Positions 52,562 through 62,673 of a stretch of 64,000 nt of DNA are shown here, one piece after another. This stretch comes from an uncultured Chloroflexia bacterium (GTDB lineage: Bacteria > Chloroflexota > Anaerolineae > CG2-30-64-16): contig CAVZDU010000001.1 of assembly GCA_963774265.1 (NCBI GenBank), forward strand, positions 704,001-768,000, written 5' to 3'. Each line of letters begins with the position of its first letter. Position 1 is the first letter of the stretch. The position numbers were made by a program, and so were the translations under genes. Below the pieces are notes generated by a model. The model ran no database searches. It had not been told where the DNA came from and saw nothing but the letters and a program-made list of their open reading frames with translations.

Positions 52562-53749
52562 TCATAGTTCGGCGAGGATCGCTGTCAGCCTCTCGATCAG
52601 CAGATCGATCTCTTCGCGGCTGATGGTCAGTGGCGGCACGAGCCGCAACGTGTTCGGTCCGGCATTGATGAGCAGCAACCCATGCTGGTAGCCCGCCTGA
52701 ATCACGTCGTTGGCTGGGATCGTAAGATCTGCGGCTACCATCAGCCCGACCCCCCGCACGTCGGTGATGCACGGCGAATTGATCTCTTGCAGCCGTTCCA
52801 AGAGGTATGCGCCCTTCTGTGCGACCTCGGTCAGGAATTCCGGTTGATTGACCAACTTCAGCACGGCATTAGCTACCGAGGCGACCAGCGGCGAGGCTGC
52901 GAAGGTGCTGCCGTGGTCGCCCGGATGCATGACATCCGCGACCGCCTGGGTCATCAAGACTGCGGCCATCGGTAGCCCACCGGCCAGCGGCTTTGCGGTG
53001 GTGAGAAGATCGGGCGTCACGCCATATTGCTGGTGCGCCCACAGCGTTCCTGTCCGCCCCAGGCCGCACTGCACCTCGTCGAAAATCAGCAGAGCATTGT
53101 GGGCATCGCAGAGGGCGCGCAGTTCTGCAAGGAAGGCCTGCGTGGCGGGATGGATGCCGCCCTCGCCCTGCACCGGCTCCACGATCACCGCGCACACGTC
53201 GTCATCAATGGCCTGTGCCGCGGCCTGCGGATCGTTGAATTCCGCAAAGCGAACACCGGGTAGGAGCGGCCGGAAGGGCGCCTGGTACTTCTCGCGCGGG
53301 GTGGCTGCCAGCGCACCAAAGGTGCGGCCATGGAACACGTTGGTGAACGCGACAATTGCGTGTTTTTGGGGGCCGAAACGATCGTGCGCCCACTTGCGGC
53401 TGAACTTGAATGCAGCTTCGTTTGCCTCCGCGCCCGAGTTGCAGAAGAAGACGCGCTCGGCGAAGCTGCTCGCGCACAGCGCGGCGGCCAGGTGGGCTTG
53501 CGGCGCGGTGTGATAGAGATTGGAGACGTGCCACAGCTTGCCCGCCTGCTCATTGAGAGCGGCGACGAGATCCGGGTGTGCGTGCCCCAGCGCGTTTACC
53601 GCGATGCCGGCAGCACAATCCAGGTAGCCGTTTCCCTCGGAGTCATACACCCAGGAGCCCTTCCCGTGGTCCAACACAAAGGGGGGGCGGGCATAGGTCT
53701 GGAGGACGAAGTTCTGTTCGAGGTCAATTGCTTCGTTTGTCGTAGTCAT
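52562..53749 (-). CDS. argD: Acetylornithine aminotransferase
   Basis: 'HVSNLY', 'NSGAEANE', 'FHGRT', 'DEVQCGLGRTG', 'AKPLAGG'. Confidence 0.95.
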   Translation of the reverse strand: MTTTNEAIDLEQNFVLQTYARPPFVLDHGKGSWVYDSEGNGYLDCAAGIAVNALGHAHPDLVAALNEQAGKLWHVSNLYHTAPQAHLAAALCASSFAERVFFCNSGAEANEAAFKFSRKWAHDRFGPQKHAIVAFTNVFHGRTFGALAATPREKYQAPFRPLLPGVRFAEFNDPQAAAQAIDDDVCAVIVEPVQGEGGIHPATQAFLAELRALCDAHNALLIFDEVQCGLGRTGTLWAHQQYGVTPDLLTTAKPLAGGLPMAAVLMTQAVADVMHPGDHGSTFAASPLVASVANAVLKLVNQPEFLTEVAQKGAYLLERLQEINSPCITDVRGVGLMVAADLTIPANDVIQAGYQHGLLLINAGPNTLRLVPPLTISREEIDLLIERLTAILAEL

Positions 53750-53756
53750 CAGTATT

Positions 53757-54521
53757 CTATCCTTTGATGATAGCCGTGCCGCCGTCGTTCGCCAGCCCGG
53801 CCAGGTCCGTAATGACAGCCTGGTACACGCCGCTCAGCACTGCTTCGGTTGCAGAGCGCACTTTCGGGATCATGCCGCCGGTGATGTGACCGTCCGCGAT
53901 CAAGCCCTCGATCTGCTTGACGGTCAGCGCGCGCATCGTCCTGCCGGTTACCTGCACACCCGGTACGTTGCTGACGAACACCAGCCGCGCCGCCTCGACG
54001 GCTTTTGCGACCCCGGCGGCCACGTGGTCCGCATTGACGTTATATGCCAACCCATCCTCACCCAGCGAGACGGGCGAAATGACCGGGGTCACGCCGAGGT
54101 CGAGCACTTGCAGGAGCGCCTCGCCGTTCACATGTTGCACCGCACCCACCCGGCCCAGGCTGCGGCCGTTGACCGACAACGGCGTGACGCGCACCAGGCC
54201 CATGTCCACTCCTGAAAGGCCCACCGCATCCACACCACCGTTCACCAGGGAGCGCACCAGTCGCGTGTTGACGACCCCGTTCAGCACCATCTCCACTAGC
54301 CGCAGGCTTTCCTCCGACGTGGCGCGCAGCCCCTCGACGGTCTCGAAGCTCACTCCGAGCTGATCGTGAAGCGCCGCAATCTCCTTGCCCCCGCCGTGGA
54401 CGATGATGACAGCGTGGTCGACGAAGAGTCCCTTGACCGCCTGGACAAAGCCGAAGAGAAAGTCCTCATCCTCGACCTGGTTGCCGCCGATCTTGAGCAC
54501 CAGCACGCTCTTCTCGTTCAT
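53757..54521 (-). CDS. argB: Acetylglutamate kinase
   Basis: 'LKIGG', 'VHGGG', 'GLRAT', 'NVNAD', 'GGMIPK'. Confidence 0.93.
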   Translation of the reverse strand: MNEKSVLVLKIGGNQVEDEDFLFGFVQAVKGLFVDHAVIIVHGGGKEIAALHDQLGVSFETVEGLRATSEESLRLVEMVLNGVVNTRLVRSLVNGGVDAVGLSGVDMGLVRVTPLSVNGRSLGRVGAVQHVNGEALLQVLDLGVTPVISPVSLGEDGLAYNVNADHVAAGVAKAVEAARLVFVSNVPGVQVTGRTMRALTVKQIEGLIADGHITGGMIPKVRSATEAVLSGVYQAVITDLAGLANDGGTAIIKG

Positions 54522-55555
54522 CAGAGCAGCCCCATCCTCTCGTCCAGGCCCAACATGATGTTCATGTTCTGCACTGCCTGGCCGGATGCACCCTTGATCA
54601 GGTTGTCGAGGGTGGCGGTCACGATCAGCAGATCGGTCCCCGGCACGAAGGTCAAACCGAGCGCACAGAAATTGGTGTAGACCGTATGCGCCAGGGTGGC
54701 AACCTGGCCCGGCTTCAGCAGGTGGATGAACGGCTCGTTCGCGTAGGCTTCCTCGTAAGACGCTCTGACGACGGCTTCGCTGATGCCGGACGGGAGTGTC
54801 ACGTAGAGGGTCGAGAGAATGCCGCGGTTCGTAGGGAGAAGGTGGGGCGAGAAGATCAGTTGGAGCGGGGCCTGGCCGTTGGTGAGTTGGCTGAGGGCGT
54901 GTAATTCCTGCTCCATCTCGACCAGGTGCCGGTGTGTCCGGCCGATGCTGTACGGGCTCATGTTCTCATTCGTTTCGACAAAGTGCGTCTTGAGGGAGAG
55001 ACCCCGGCCCGCGCCTGATACGCCCGACTTGCTGTCCGCGATGACTGCGCCCTGGAGCCAACCGGCGCTGGCCAGCGGCGCCAGGCCCAGGATGATGCTG
55101 GTCGCGTAGCAGCCTGGGTTGGCGACGAGGTGTGTCGCTTTGATCTCCGCGCGATGGAGCTCGGGCAGCCCGTAAACGGCTTCAGCCAGCCAGGTCGGTT
55201 CGTTGTGTGGGTGACCGTACCAGGTTTCGTAGGCTGCGGCGTCATGAATCCGGTAATCCGCACTGAGATCGACAACCCGTGCGCCGGCCCGCCGCGCGGC
55301 GGCCACCGGCGCCTGCGCCGTTGCGTGCGGAAGGCAGCAGAACACTACGTCCGCCGTTGCCAAGTCCGCATCAGCTGCTTTGACCAGGACCGTGTCGCCG
55401 ATGAAGGGCGGAACTGGGAAGACATCGCCGAACCGTTGGCCTGCCGAGTTCTCCGATGTCAGCCAGGCGATCTCCGCCAGGGGATGCCGCGCCAGGATCT
55501 TGAGCAACTCCAACCCGGTGTATCCGGTTGCGCCGATAATGCCGATTTTGATCAT
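54521..55555 (-). CDS. argC: N-acetyl-gamma-glutamyl-phosphate reductase
   Basis: 'GATGYTG', 'DLSADYR', 'ANPGCY', 'SGVSGAG', 'DNLIKGASGQA'. Confidence 0.96.
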   Translation of the reverse strand: MIKIGIIGATGYTGLELLKILARHPLAEIAWLTSENSAGQRFGDVFPVPPFIGDTVLVKAADADLATADVVFCCLPHATAQAPVAAARRAGARVVDLSADYRIHDAAAYETWYGHPHNEPTWLAEAVYGLPELHRAEIKATHLVANPGCYATSIILGLAPLASAGWLQGAVIADSKSGVSGAGRGLSLKTHFVETNENMSPYSIGRTHRHLVEMEQELHALSQLTNGQAPLQLIFSPHLLPTNRGILSTLYVTLPSGISEAVVRASYEEAYANEPFIHLLKPGQVATLAHTVYTNFCALGLTFVPGTDLLIVTATLDNLIKGASGQAVQNMNIMLGLDERMGLL

Positions 55556-55590
55556 TCTTCACCCCATGCTTCTGCATGCACTGGACCAAC

Positions 55591-55623
55591 AAAAAAACCA
55601 GCACCCGGGTCTGGGTGCTGGTT
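55591..55623 (-). terminator. Attenuator terminator in the arg leader
   Basis: AACCAGCACCC-agaccc-GGGTGCTGGTT followed by TTTTT, about 35 nt before the argC start. Confidence 0.85.
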
Positions 55624-55676
55624 CGCCACGTTTCTGTCTTAGACGTTCGGCTCGCGCGAGCTCCTGCGACCGGGTG

Positions 55677-55787
55677 CTAACCCGTTCTCCTGGTGCTACG
55701 ACGACGAGGGAAGCGAAGGCTAAAAGCCAATGTATCTCCGAACGTTGGGATATGCTTCTGGTGCAACAACTCTCTGCTGCTGCCCAT
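55677..55787 (-). CDS. Putative Arg-rich leader peptide (36 aa) of the arg operon
   Basis: MGSSRELLHQKHIPTFGDTLAFSLRFPRRRSTRRTG*; lies between promoter and terminator; too short for the ORF track. Confidence 0.75.
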   Translation of the reverse strand: MGSSRELLHQKHIPTFGDTLAFSLRFPRRRSTRRTG

Positions 55788-55802
55788 CTTTTGACGGGCG
55801 AG

Positions 55803-55831
55803 AGTGTAGCACAGGTCTCAGATGGTGTCAA
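55803..55831 (-). promoter_or_regulatory. Sigma70 promoter of the arg operon
   Basis: TTGACA-17 nt-TACACT with extended TG. Confidence 0.75.
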
Positions 55832-55931
55832 ACTACCGGACCCCGCGGCTTGCGAGGCGCCGGGCACTTCAACGATCCGCAGGATCGCAAGTGCAGGGCG
55901 CCTGAGCCTCGATGCGCTTCTCTGGACAGCC

Positions 55932-56006
55932 ATGAAAACGTACAAGAACCTGTATCCACGGATTTGTGATTTCGCCAACCTGTACGCGGCGTATCGTCGG
56001 GCCGCT
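55932..56006 (+). pseudogene. N-terminal remnant of a reverse transcriptase (DGR/group II-like)
   Basis: MKTYKNLYPRICDFANLYAAYRRA, after which similarity is lost; large hairpin at 55855-55903. Confidence 0.6.
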
Positions 56007-56149
56007 GGCGCTGCTGCCTCTTGGGGTGATCATGTTGTTGTTGCCCGTGTTTCCGCCCTTGACTGCGCACTGAATCGGTTTCTGGCGGGCCCGCGCGAGT
56101 TGTGGCATACTTGTGTCATGGCCCGTTGCCGTGCACATGGAGGACTCGG

Positions 56150-56602
56150 ATGGTTGGCCTTGAAGCGCTACGGAAAAGCGACCTCTTTGAGGGTCTGAGC
56201 GACGACGAGCTGGCCGCCATCGCGAAAATGGCGCGCGAGGAGACCTACGATGTGGGAGCGATTATTTTTCGCGAAAACGACCCCGCGAAAAGCGTCTACA
56301 TCGTCCGTGAGGGCCGGGTCGCGATCCTGATCGACATCGGCCGGGGCAAGCAGACCGTGATCGACACGATATGTCGCAACGGCTCCTTCGGCTGGTCCGC
56401 GATGGTGCCGCCGTACATCCTGACCGGCACCGCCAAGACGATGGAGCGGACTCGGGTCATCGTCCTTACCGGCCAGGACTTGCGCGAGCTGTGCCGGATG
56501 AGCTGCAGCACCTGCTACACCATCATGGAAAAGCTGGCGACCATCATCTCCAGCCGGCTCAAGGACACCCGTTTGCAGTTGATCAGCCTGGTGTACGGTT
56601 GA
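56150..56602 (+). CDS. Stand-alone cyclic-nucleotide-binding (Crp-like) domain protein, no HTH
   Basis: 'LFEGLSDDEL', 'IFRENDP...YIVREGRV', 'FGWSA'. Confidence 0.85.
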   Translation: MVGLEALRKSDLFEGLSDDELAAIAKMAREETYDVGAIIFRENDPAKSVYIVREGRVAILIDIGRGKQTVIDTICRNGSFGWSAMVPPYILTGTAKTMERTRVIVLTGQDLRELCRMSCSTCYTIMEKLATIISSRLKDTRLQLISLVYG

Positions 56603-56656
56603 TCCAAGACCGGACCTAGTGGCCGGCGTTGGCATTCCAGGCATGATAACCCACTG

Positions 56657-56690
56657 AAAACCTGCTTTCCTGGTGAACGCAGGTTTTTTT
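56657..56690 (+). terminator. Intrinsic terminator
   Basis: AAAACCTGC...GCAGGTTTTTTT. Confidence 0.55.
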
Positions 56691-56824
56691 ATGGTGTTTT
56701 TGGGTACGTCTTTGTTTACGAATTTCGTTTGTTTGCAGCGTATTTGTCACGAAAATAGGTAGCTTTTTGCTTGTCTGTTGACACTTGTCTGCGAACGTTA
56801 GATAATTCACAACTGGAGGGACTC

Positions 56825-57364
56825 ATGGTTCACACCCTGGACGAGTGCGATCGCCAGATCATCAGCCTGCTGCAAAAGGATGGACGCGCATCGAATGTCG
56901 AGATCGCCCGGTCCTTGGGTCTGGCTGAGGGTACGGTCCGCAAGCGCCTGGAACGGCTGTTTGACCAGGGGATCATCCGCATGATGGCCGTGGCAGATCC
57001 AGCCAGGCTGGGGCTGACCGCGTCGGTTTTCATCGGCATCCAGGCCGAACTGGGCCAGTTGAACGAGGTCGCGCAAAGGTTGGCAGCTATCCCTGAGGTG
57101 CGTTGCGTCAACATCGTGACCGGCGCGTATGACATGATGATCGAAGCCGTCTTGCCCTCGGGTGAACATCTGCTTTCCTTCCTGATTGACAAGGTCTCGA
57201 CCATTCCGGGCATCAAACGGACGGAGACGAGCCATGTGATGCAGGTGGTCAAGCAGGCGTGCGATTGGGCTGTGCCGGAATTGACTACTGCACCCGCCAG
57301 CTCCGGTCGCGGTGCGACGCCGTCGGCCACTCAGGTCATGCCCGGCGCAATCGTGGTTTCCTGA
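56825..57364 (+). CDS. Lrp/AsnC family transcriptional regulator
   Basis: 'LDECDRQIISLLQKDGRAS...LGLAEGTVRKR', 'VTGAYD'. Confidence 0.92.
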   Translation: MVHTLDECDRQIISLLQKDGRASNVEIARSLGLAEGTVRKRLERLFDQGIIRMMAVADPARLGLTASVFIGIQAELGQLNEVAQRLAAIPEVRCVNIVTGAYDMMIEAVLPSGEHLLSFLIDKVSTIPGIKRTETSHVMQVVKQACDWAVPELTTAPASSGRGATPSATQVMPGAIVVS

Positions 57365-57377
57365 GGGGATACGAGCC

Positions 57378-57719
57378 ATGAACACATCTGAACGCGCCAG
57401 GCAGATCGCCACGGCGATCGAGCAGGCCAGGCACGGGTGGCCCATCGGCGCCGCGTTCACGGTGATCGTGCGCGGCGGCTGCGCCGCCTGTGACCCCGGC
57501 GCATGCCGCGAGTGCGGCCATCTGTTCACCGGCGAGATCTATACGATCGAGCACCTGACGCGGGGCAAACGAGTGCTCTGCGATAGAACTGTGCATTACC
57601 TGACCCACGGTGTCACCCGCTATGAAACCGGCTACGTCGTTCATGGCGAGGTGGTGGCCGTAGAGATTGATGTGGAGGAATTAGCGGCCTACCTGGATTT
57701 GCAGGTTGGCGTTATGTGA
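57378..57719 (+). CDS. Small Cys/His-rich hypothetical protein
   Basis: RBS GAGG; 'CAACDPGACRECGH...CDRTVHYLTH'. Confidence 0.55.
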   Translation: MNTSERARQIATAIEQARHGWPIGAAFTVIVRGGCAACDPGACRECGHLFTGEIYTIEHLTRGKRVLCDRTVHYLTHGVTRYETGYVVHGEVVAVEIDVEELAAYLDLQVGVM

Positions 57720-57759
57720 TGTGTCATCGTGCGCTTTTGGATGCACGAAGAGGTGTGCC

Positions 57760-58368
57760 ATGCCGGAAAAAGCGTTCAACCTCACCCGTGAGATGCTCGA
57801 CCACTCCTTCGCCGAGACGGTCGCACCCGACCGGGAAAAACTGCTGACCTGCATCCAGTGCGGCACCTGCACCGCCTCGTGCCCCACGGCCTACGCCATG
57901 GACTACACCCCCCGCCAGTTATGGCGCCTGGTGCAGGTGGGCCTGCGCGATGAGGCGCTTCACAGCCGCACCTTCTGGCTCTGCACCAACTGTTATTCCT
58001 GTACCATCCGTTGTCCCCGCGGCATCGCCCTCACCGAGACGATGGCGGCCCTCAAACGCCTGGCTATCGCCGAGAACGTGGAGCGGCAAGGAGAAGGAGC
58101 ACGTCTCCCGCTTCTACCGGGCCTTCATGGACACCGTGCGCCGTCACGGGCGCAACTACGAACCCGAGCTGCTGCTCCGCTACTTCTTCAGCACCAATCC
58201 CCTGAGCCTGGTCGGTCAGGCGCCCCTGGGTCTGACCATGTGGCGCCACGGGCGCCTCTCGCTCGACGCCGAAGCCGAATCGGGCCCAGACCGACGTGGA
58301 GGCTATCTTCCGCAAGGCTCTTGAGGTAGATGCCCGCGCAACGCGGAGAGGAGGAGGCGCACGCATGA
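57760..58368 (+). CDS. hdrC: Heterodisulfide reductase subunit C-like (frameshifted; 3' end approximate)
   Basis: 'CIQCGTCTASCP', 'WLCTNCYSCTIRCPRG'. Confidence 0.88.
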
Positions 58369-59245
58369 AGTACACCTATTTCCCCGGCTGTTCCCTGGAA
58401 AGCACCGCTCACGACTACGACGTCTCGGCCCGCGCGGTCATGAAGCGCGCTGGACAACGAGCTGGTCGAGCTGCCCGATTGGAACTGCTGCGGCGCGACC
58501 GGCGCCGAGGTGCTCAGCCATCTGCTCTCCGTGGCCCTGCCGGCGCGCAACCTGGCCAAGGCGCAGGCGCTGGGCGATCAGATCGTCACCACGTGCAGCT
58601 CGTGCTATTTCAACCTCTTCCGGGTCAACGCGCTCCTGGCCGCCGACCCTAACTTGCAGCACGACCTGGACGTCGTGCTCGGCGAGGTGGGTCTGCACTA
58701 CGACGGCAAGCTGCGGGTGCGCCATCTGCTCGAGCTGCTGGTGACGGACGTCGGGGTGAAGGCCATCGCCCGGCGGGCGCAGCGGCGGCTCGGCGGCATC
58801 CGCGTGGCGCCCTACTACGGCTGCCTGGTCGTCCGCCCCTACGCCGAGTTCGACGGCCCTGACCTGCCGATCTCGATGGATCGCCTGCTGACCGCGCTGG
58901 GCGCGTCGGTCGTTCCCTACGCCATGAAGACCCGCTGCTGCGGCGGCGTGCTGATGACCACACAGCCGGATATAGCCCTGAAGCTGGTGGGCGATCTGCT
59001 CGCGCCGATTCGCGACGTGGACTGCGTCGTGACCGTGTGCCCGCTGTGCCAGCTCAATCTGGAGGCCTACCAGCGCGAGGTGGCGAGATCGGCTCGGCAC
59101 GTCCGTTCACGTGCCGATCCTTTACTTCACCCAACTGCTTGGCCTGGCGTTCGCCCTGCCGGAGGAAGACTTGGAACTGAAGGCCAATCTGGGTGGAGCG
59201 GAGAAGCTGATGAAGCGGTTGGCGCAGTTAAGCGTGTGGGTCTGA
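58365..59245 (+). CDS. hdrB: Heterodisulfide reductase subunit B-like (frameshifted)
   Basis: 'YFPGCSL', 'WNCCG', 'YYGC', 'CCGG', 'CPLCQLNL'. Confidence 0.9.
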
Positions 59246-59257
59246 GGAAGGTGCCGC

Positions 59258-62200
59258 ATGAGTAAAGACACTCCTGTCCGTATCGGCGTCTACGTCTGCC
59301 ACTGCGGCTCCAACATCGCCGGCACGGTGGATGTCTTCGACGCGGCCGCGTACGCGGCCACGCTGCCGAACGTTGTCGTTGCGCGCGAGTACAAATACAT
59401 GTGCTCCTCCACCGGCCAGGACGTGATCAAGCGCGACATCGCGGAGTTCGGCCTGAACCGGGTAGTCGTGGCCTCGTGTTCCCCGCGCATGCACGAGCCG
59501 ACATTCCGCGCTGCGCTGGCAGAGGCCGGCCTCAACCCCTACTTGCTGGCGATGGCCAACATCCGCGAGCACTGCTCCTGGATCACCAAGAACAAGGCGG
59601 TAGGCACGGCCAAGGCCAAGACTCTGATCTCCGGCGCGGTGCACCGCGTGGCCTGGCAGGAGCCGCTGACCGAGCGCGAGGTGCCTGTGACGCCGGTTTC
59701 GCTGGTCGTGGGCGGCGGCATCGCCGGCATCCAGGCCGCGCTGACCATTGCCGACGCTGGCTACCACGTCTTCCTGGTGGAGAAAGATACGTCCATCGGC
59801 GGGCGCATGGCCCAATTGGATAAGACCTTCCCCACCCTGGACTGCTCGGCCTGCATCTTGACGCCCAAGATGGTGCAGGTGGCCCGCCATCCCAACATCA
59901 CCCTGCTGACCAACGCTGAGGTGACGGATGTGTCGGGCTACGTCGGCAATTTCCAGGTCAAGGTGAAGCAGAAGCCGCGCTACGTGGACGTGAGCAAGTG
60001 CTCCGGCTGCGGCGAGTGCACGGTCGTCTGCCCGGTGTCAGTGCCCCACGAGTTCGACCAGCTCCTCTCCCGCCGCAAGGCGATCTACCGGCTCTTCCCG
60101 CAGGCGGTGCCGGGCGCGTTCGCCATCGACAAGCGGGGCGTCCCGCCCTGCCGCGCGGCCTGCCCGGCCGGCGTCAACGTCCAGGGCTACGTGGCGCTGA
60201 TCGGCGCCGGCAAGTACGCCGAGGCGTTGGAGCTGATCCGGCGCGAGCTGCCCTTTCCCGGCATCTGCGGCCGCGGTCTGTCCGCACCCGTGCGAGGCCG
60301 CGTGCAGTCGGGCGCAGGCCGAAGGGGCCGTGTCCATCATGGCGCTGAAGCGGTTCGTCGCCGACTGGGAACGTGAGGAGAGGCGGAGAGGTGAAGCCCC
60401 TGCAGGGGAGCAGGGGGGCGCTTCGCGCGGGCAGAGGCGCACAGGAACGAAGGGGTTATGGAGCGGGTCGCGGTGGTCGGGGCTGGACCGGCCGGGCTGG
60501 CCTGCGCCTACCAGCTTGCCAAGAAGGGCTACGGCGTCACCGTCTTTGAGGCAATGCCGGTGGCCGGCGGCATGATGGCGGTGGGCATTCCGGAATACCG
60601 CCTGCCACGCGACGTGTTGGAGTACGAGATCGAGGGCATCCGGAGGCTGAGCGTCGATATCGTCACGAACAGCGCCCTGGGCCGGAACTTCACGCTGGAC
60701 GATCTGTTCCGCCAAGGCTTCCGCGCCGTTTCCTGGGCATCGGCGCCCACCGGGGGCAGAAGCTGAAGGTGCCGGGCGAGGATCTGCCGGGCGTGGTCGA
60801 CGGGATCACTTTCCTGCGCGAGATCAGCCTGGGCCGCCAGCGCAACGGTGGGCAACGCTTGGCCAAGGTGGCCGTCATCGGTGGCGGCAACACGGCTGTG
60901 GATGCGGCCCGCTCCGCGCTACGGCTGGGCGCTGAGAAAGTGACCGTCATCTACCGGCGCAGCCGGGCCGAGATGCCCGTCAGCCCGTGGGAGCTGGCAG
61001 ATGCGGAGGCTGAAGGGGTCAAGATCGAGTACCTGGCTGCCCCGGCCCGCATCATTGGAGGCACGGGCGTCCGGGCGCTTGAGTGCATCCGCATGGAGTT
61101 AGGCGAACCGGATGAGACCGGCCGCCGCCGGCCAATGCCGATCCTCGGCAGTGAGTTCACGATCCTGGTTGACACTGTGATCACCGCAATCGGCCAGTTG
61201 CCAGAGACGAGCGCCATCGGTGGCGTGGAGCTAACCCCCTGGGGCACCATCGCAGCCGATGCAGAGACTGGTGAGACTTCCCAGCCCGGCGTCTTCGCGG
61301 GCGGTGATGCTGTGGGCGGCGCGCCAGCGACGGTCATTGATGCGGTTGCCGCGGGCAACCGGGCGGCCGAGTCCATCAGCCGCTATCTCAATGGGATGGA
61401 CTTGCGTGAGGGTCGGGTCTTTGGCGTCCAGCCGGAGCGGATCGCCAAGAAGGAAGTCAGCGAGGAGATGGCCTTCTGCCTGCGTTCCGAGATGCCGGCC
61501 GCTGCCGCCGGTTGACCGCGTACGGCAGCTTCGCCGAGGTCGAGCTGGGCCTGGACGAGGCCAGCGCGCGCCGCGAGGCCGAGCGCTGCCTGGACTGCGC
61601 CGTCTGCTCGGAGTGCCTGGAGTGCGTCAAGGCGTGCAGCCCCGCGGCCATCAATCATCGGATGCAAGAGGAGACGCTCGAGCTGGATGTTGGCACGATC
61701 ATCCTGGCGACCGGACACAAGTTCTTCGACCCTGCCGCGGTTGCAGCAGTATCACTACGGCCGCTTCCCGAACATCCTTGACAGCATGGAGTTCGAGCGC
61801 ATGTGCAATGCTTCGGGCCCCACCGGCGGCGAGATCCTGACGACCGACGGCCGGACGCCGGAGAGCATGGTCTTCATCCACTGCGTCGGCTCGCGCGACT
61901 CGCACGCCAACACCTACTGCTCACGGCTGTGCTGCATGCACGCCATGAAGCAGGCCCACCTGGCCAAGGAGCGCACTGGCGCCGATGTATATGAGCTGTA
62001 CATCGACATCCGCGCCGCAGGCAAGGGCTACGAAGAGTTCTACGAGCGGGTGCAGCGCGAGGGGGTGATCTTCATCCGCGGCCGCGGGGCCGAGGTAATC
62101 CCCATGGAAGGCAAGCTGGTGGTAAAGGCCGAGGATACCGGCCTCGGGCGTCCCATCATCTTGCCGGTGGACATCGTGGTGCTGGTGACCGGCATGGAGC

Positions 62201-62664
62201 CGCAGGCCGATACCGACCAGGTCGCGAAGACATTCCACGTGACACGGGACAAAGACGGCTTCTTTCTGGAAGCGCACCCCAAGTTGCGACCGTTCAACAC
62301 CAACACCGACGGCATCTTTCTGGCTGGCACCTGTCAGGCCCCGCGCGATATCCCCGACACCGTGGCACACGCTAACGCGGCCGCGGCCGAGGCGATGTCG
62401 CTGATGGGCCGGGGCAGGGTGGTCATCGAGCCGACCATCGCCGTGATCGACGCCGAGCTGTGCAGCGGCTGCCGCATCTGCAACAACCTGTGCGCCTACG
62501 CGGCCATCTCGTTCGACCCGGTGCGTGGCGTCAGCGAGATCAACCCCGCACTATGCAAGGGCTGCGGCACCTGCGTCGCTGCCTGCCCCTCCGGCGCGGC
62601 CCAGGCGTGTCACTACAACGATCAGCAGATCTTTGCAGAGATCGAGGGCATTCTGGCGGGATAG
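59258..62664 (+). CDS. hdrA: HdrA-like flavoprotein with inserted GltD/NfnB-type NAD(P)-binding module (HdrL-type); frameshifted
   Basis: 'IGVYVCHCG', 'NIREHCSW', 'GGGIAG', 'DKTFPTLDC'; insert 'CRAACP', 'GAGPAG', 'GIPEYRLP', 'GGGNTAVD'; then 'CVGSRD...CSRLCC', 'EAHPKL', ferredoxin end. Confidence 0.9.
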
Positions 62665-62673
62665 GGGGCAACC

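Noticed and set aside
55591-55800. T-box riboswitch for the arg operon
   Set aside because: I could not find the AAGGTGGTACC-like T-box sequence or Stem I AG/GNUG motifs. The leader ORF explains the region better, though Infernal should confirm.
60370-60458. Purine-rich repeat-like insert in the hdrA linker as a mobile element
   Set aside because: It is short, degenerate and coincides with frameshift noise, so it cannot be distinguished from a variable linker.
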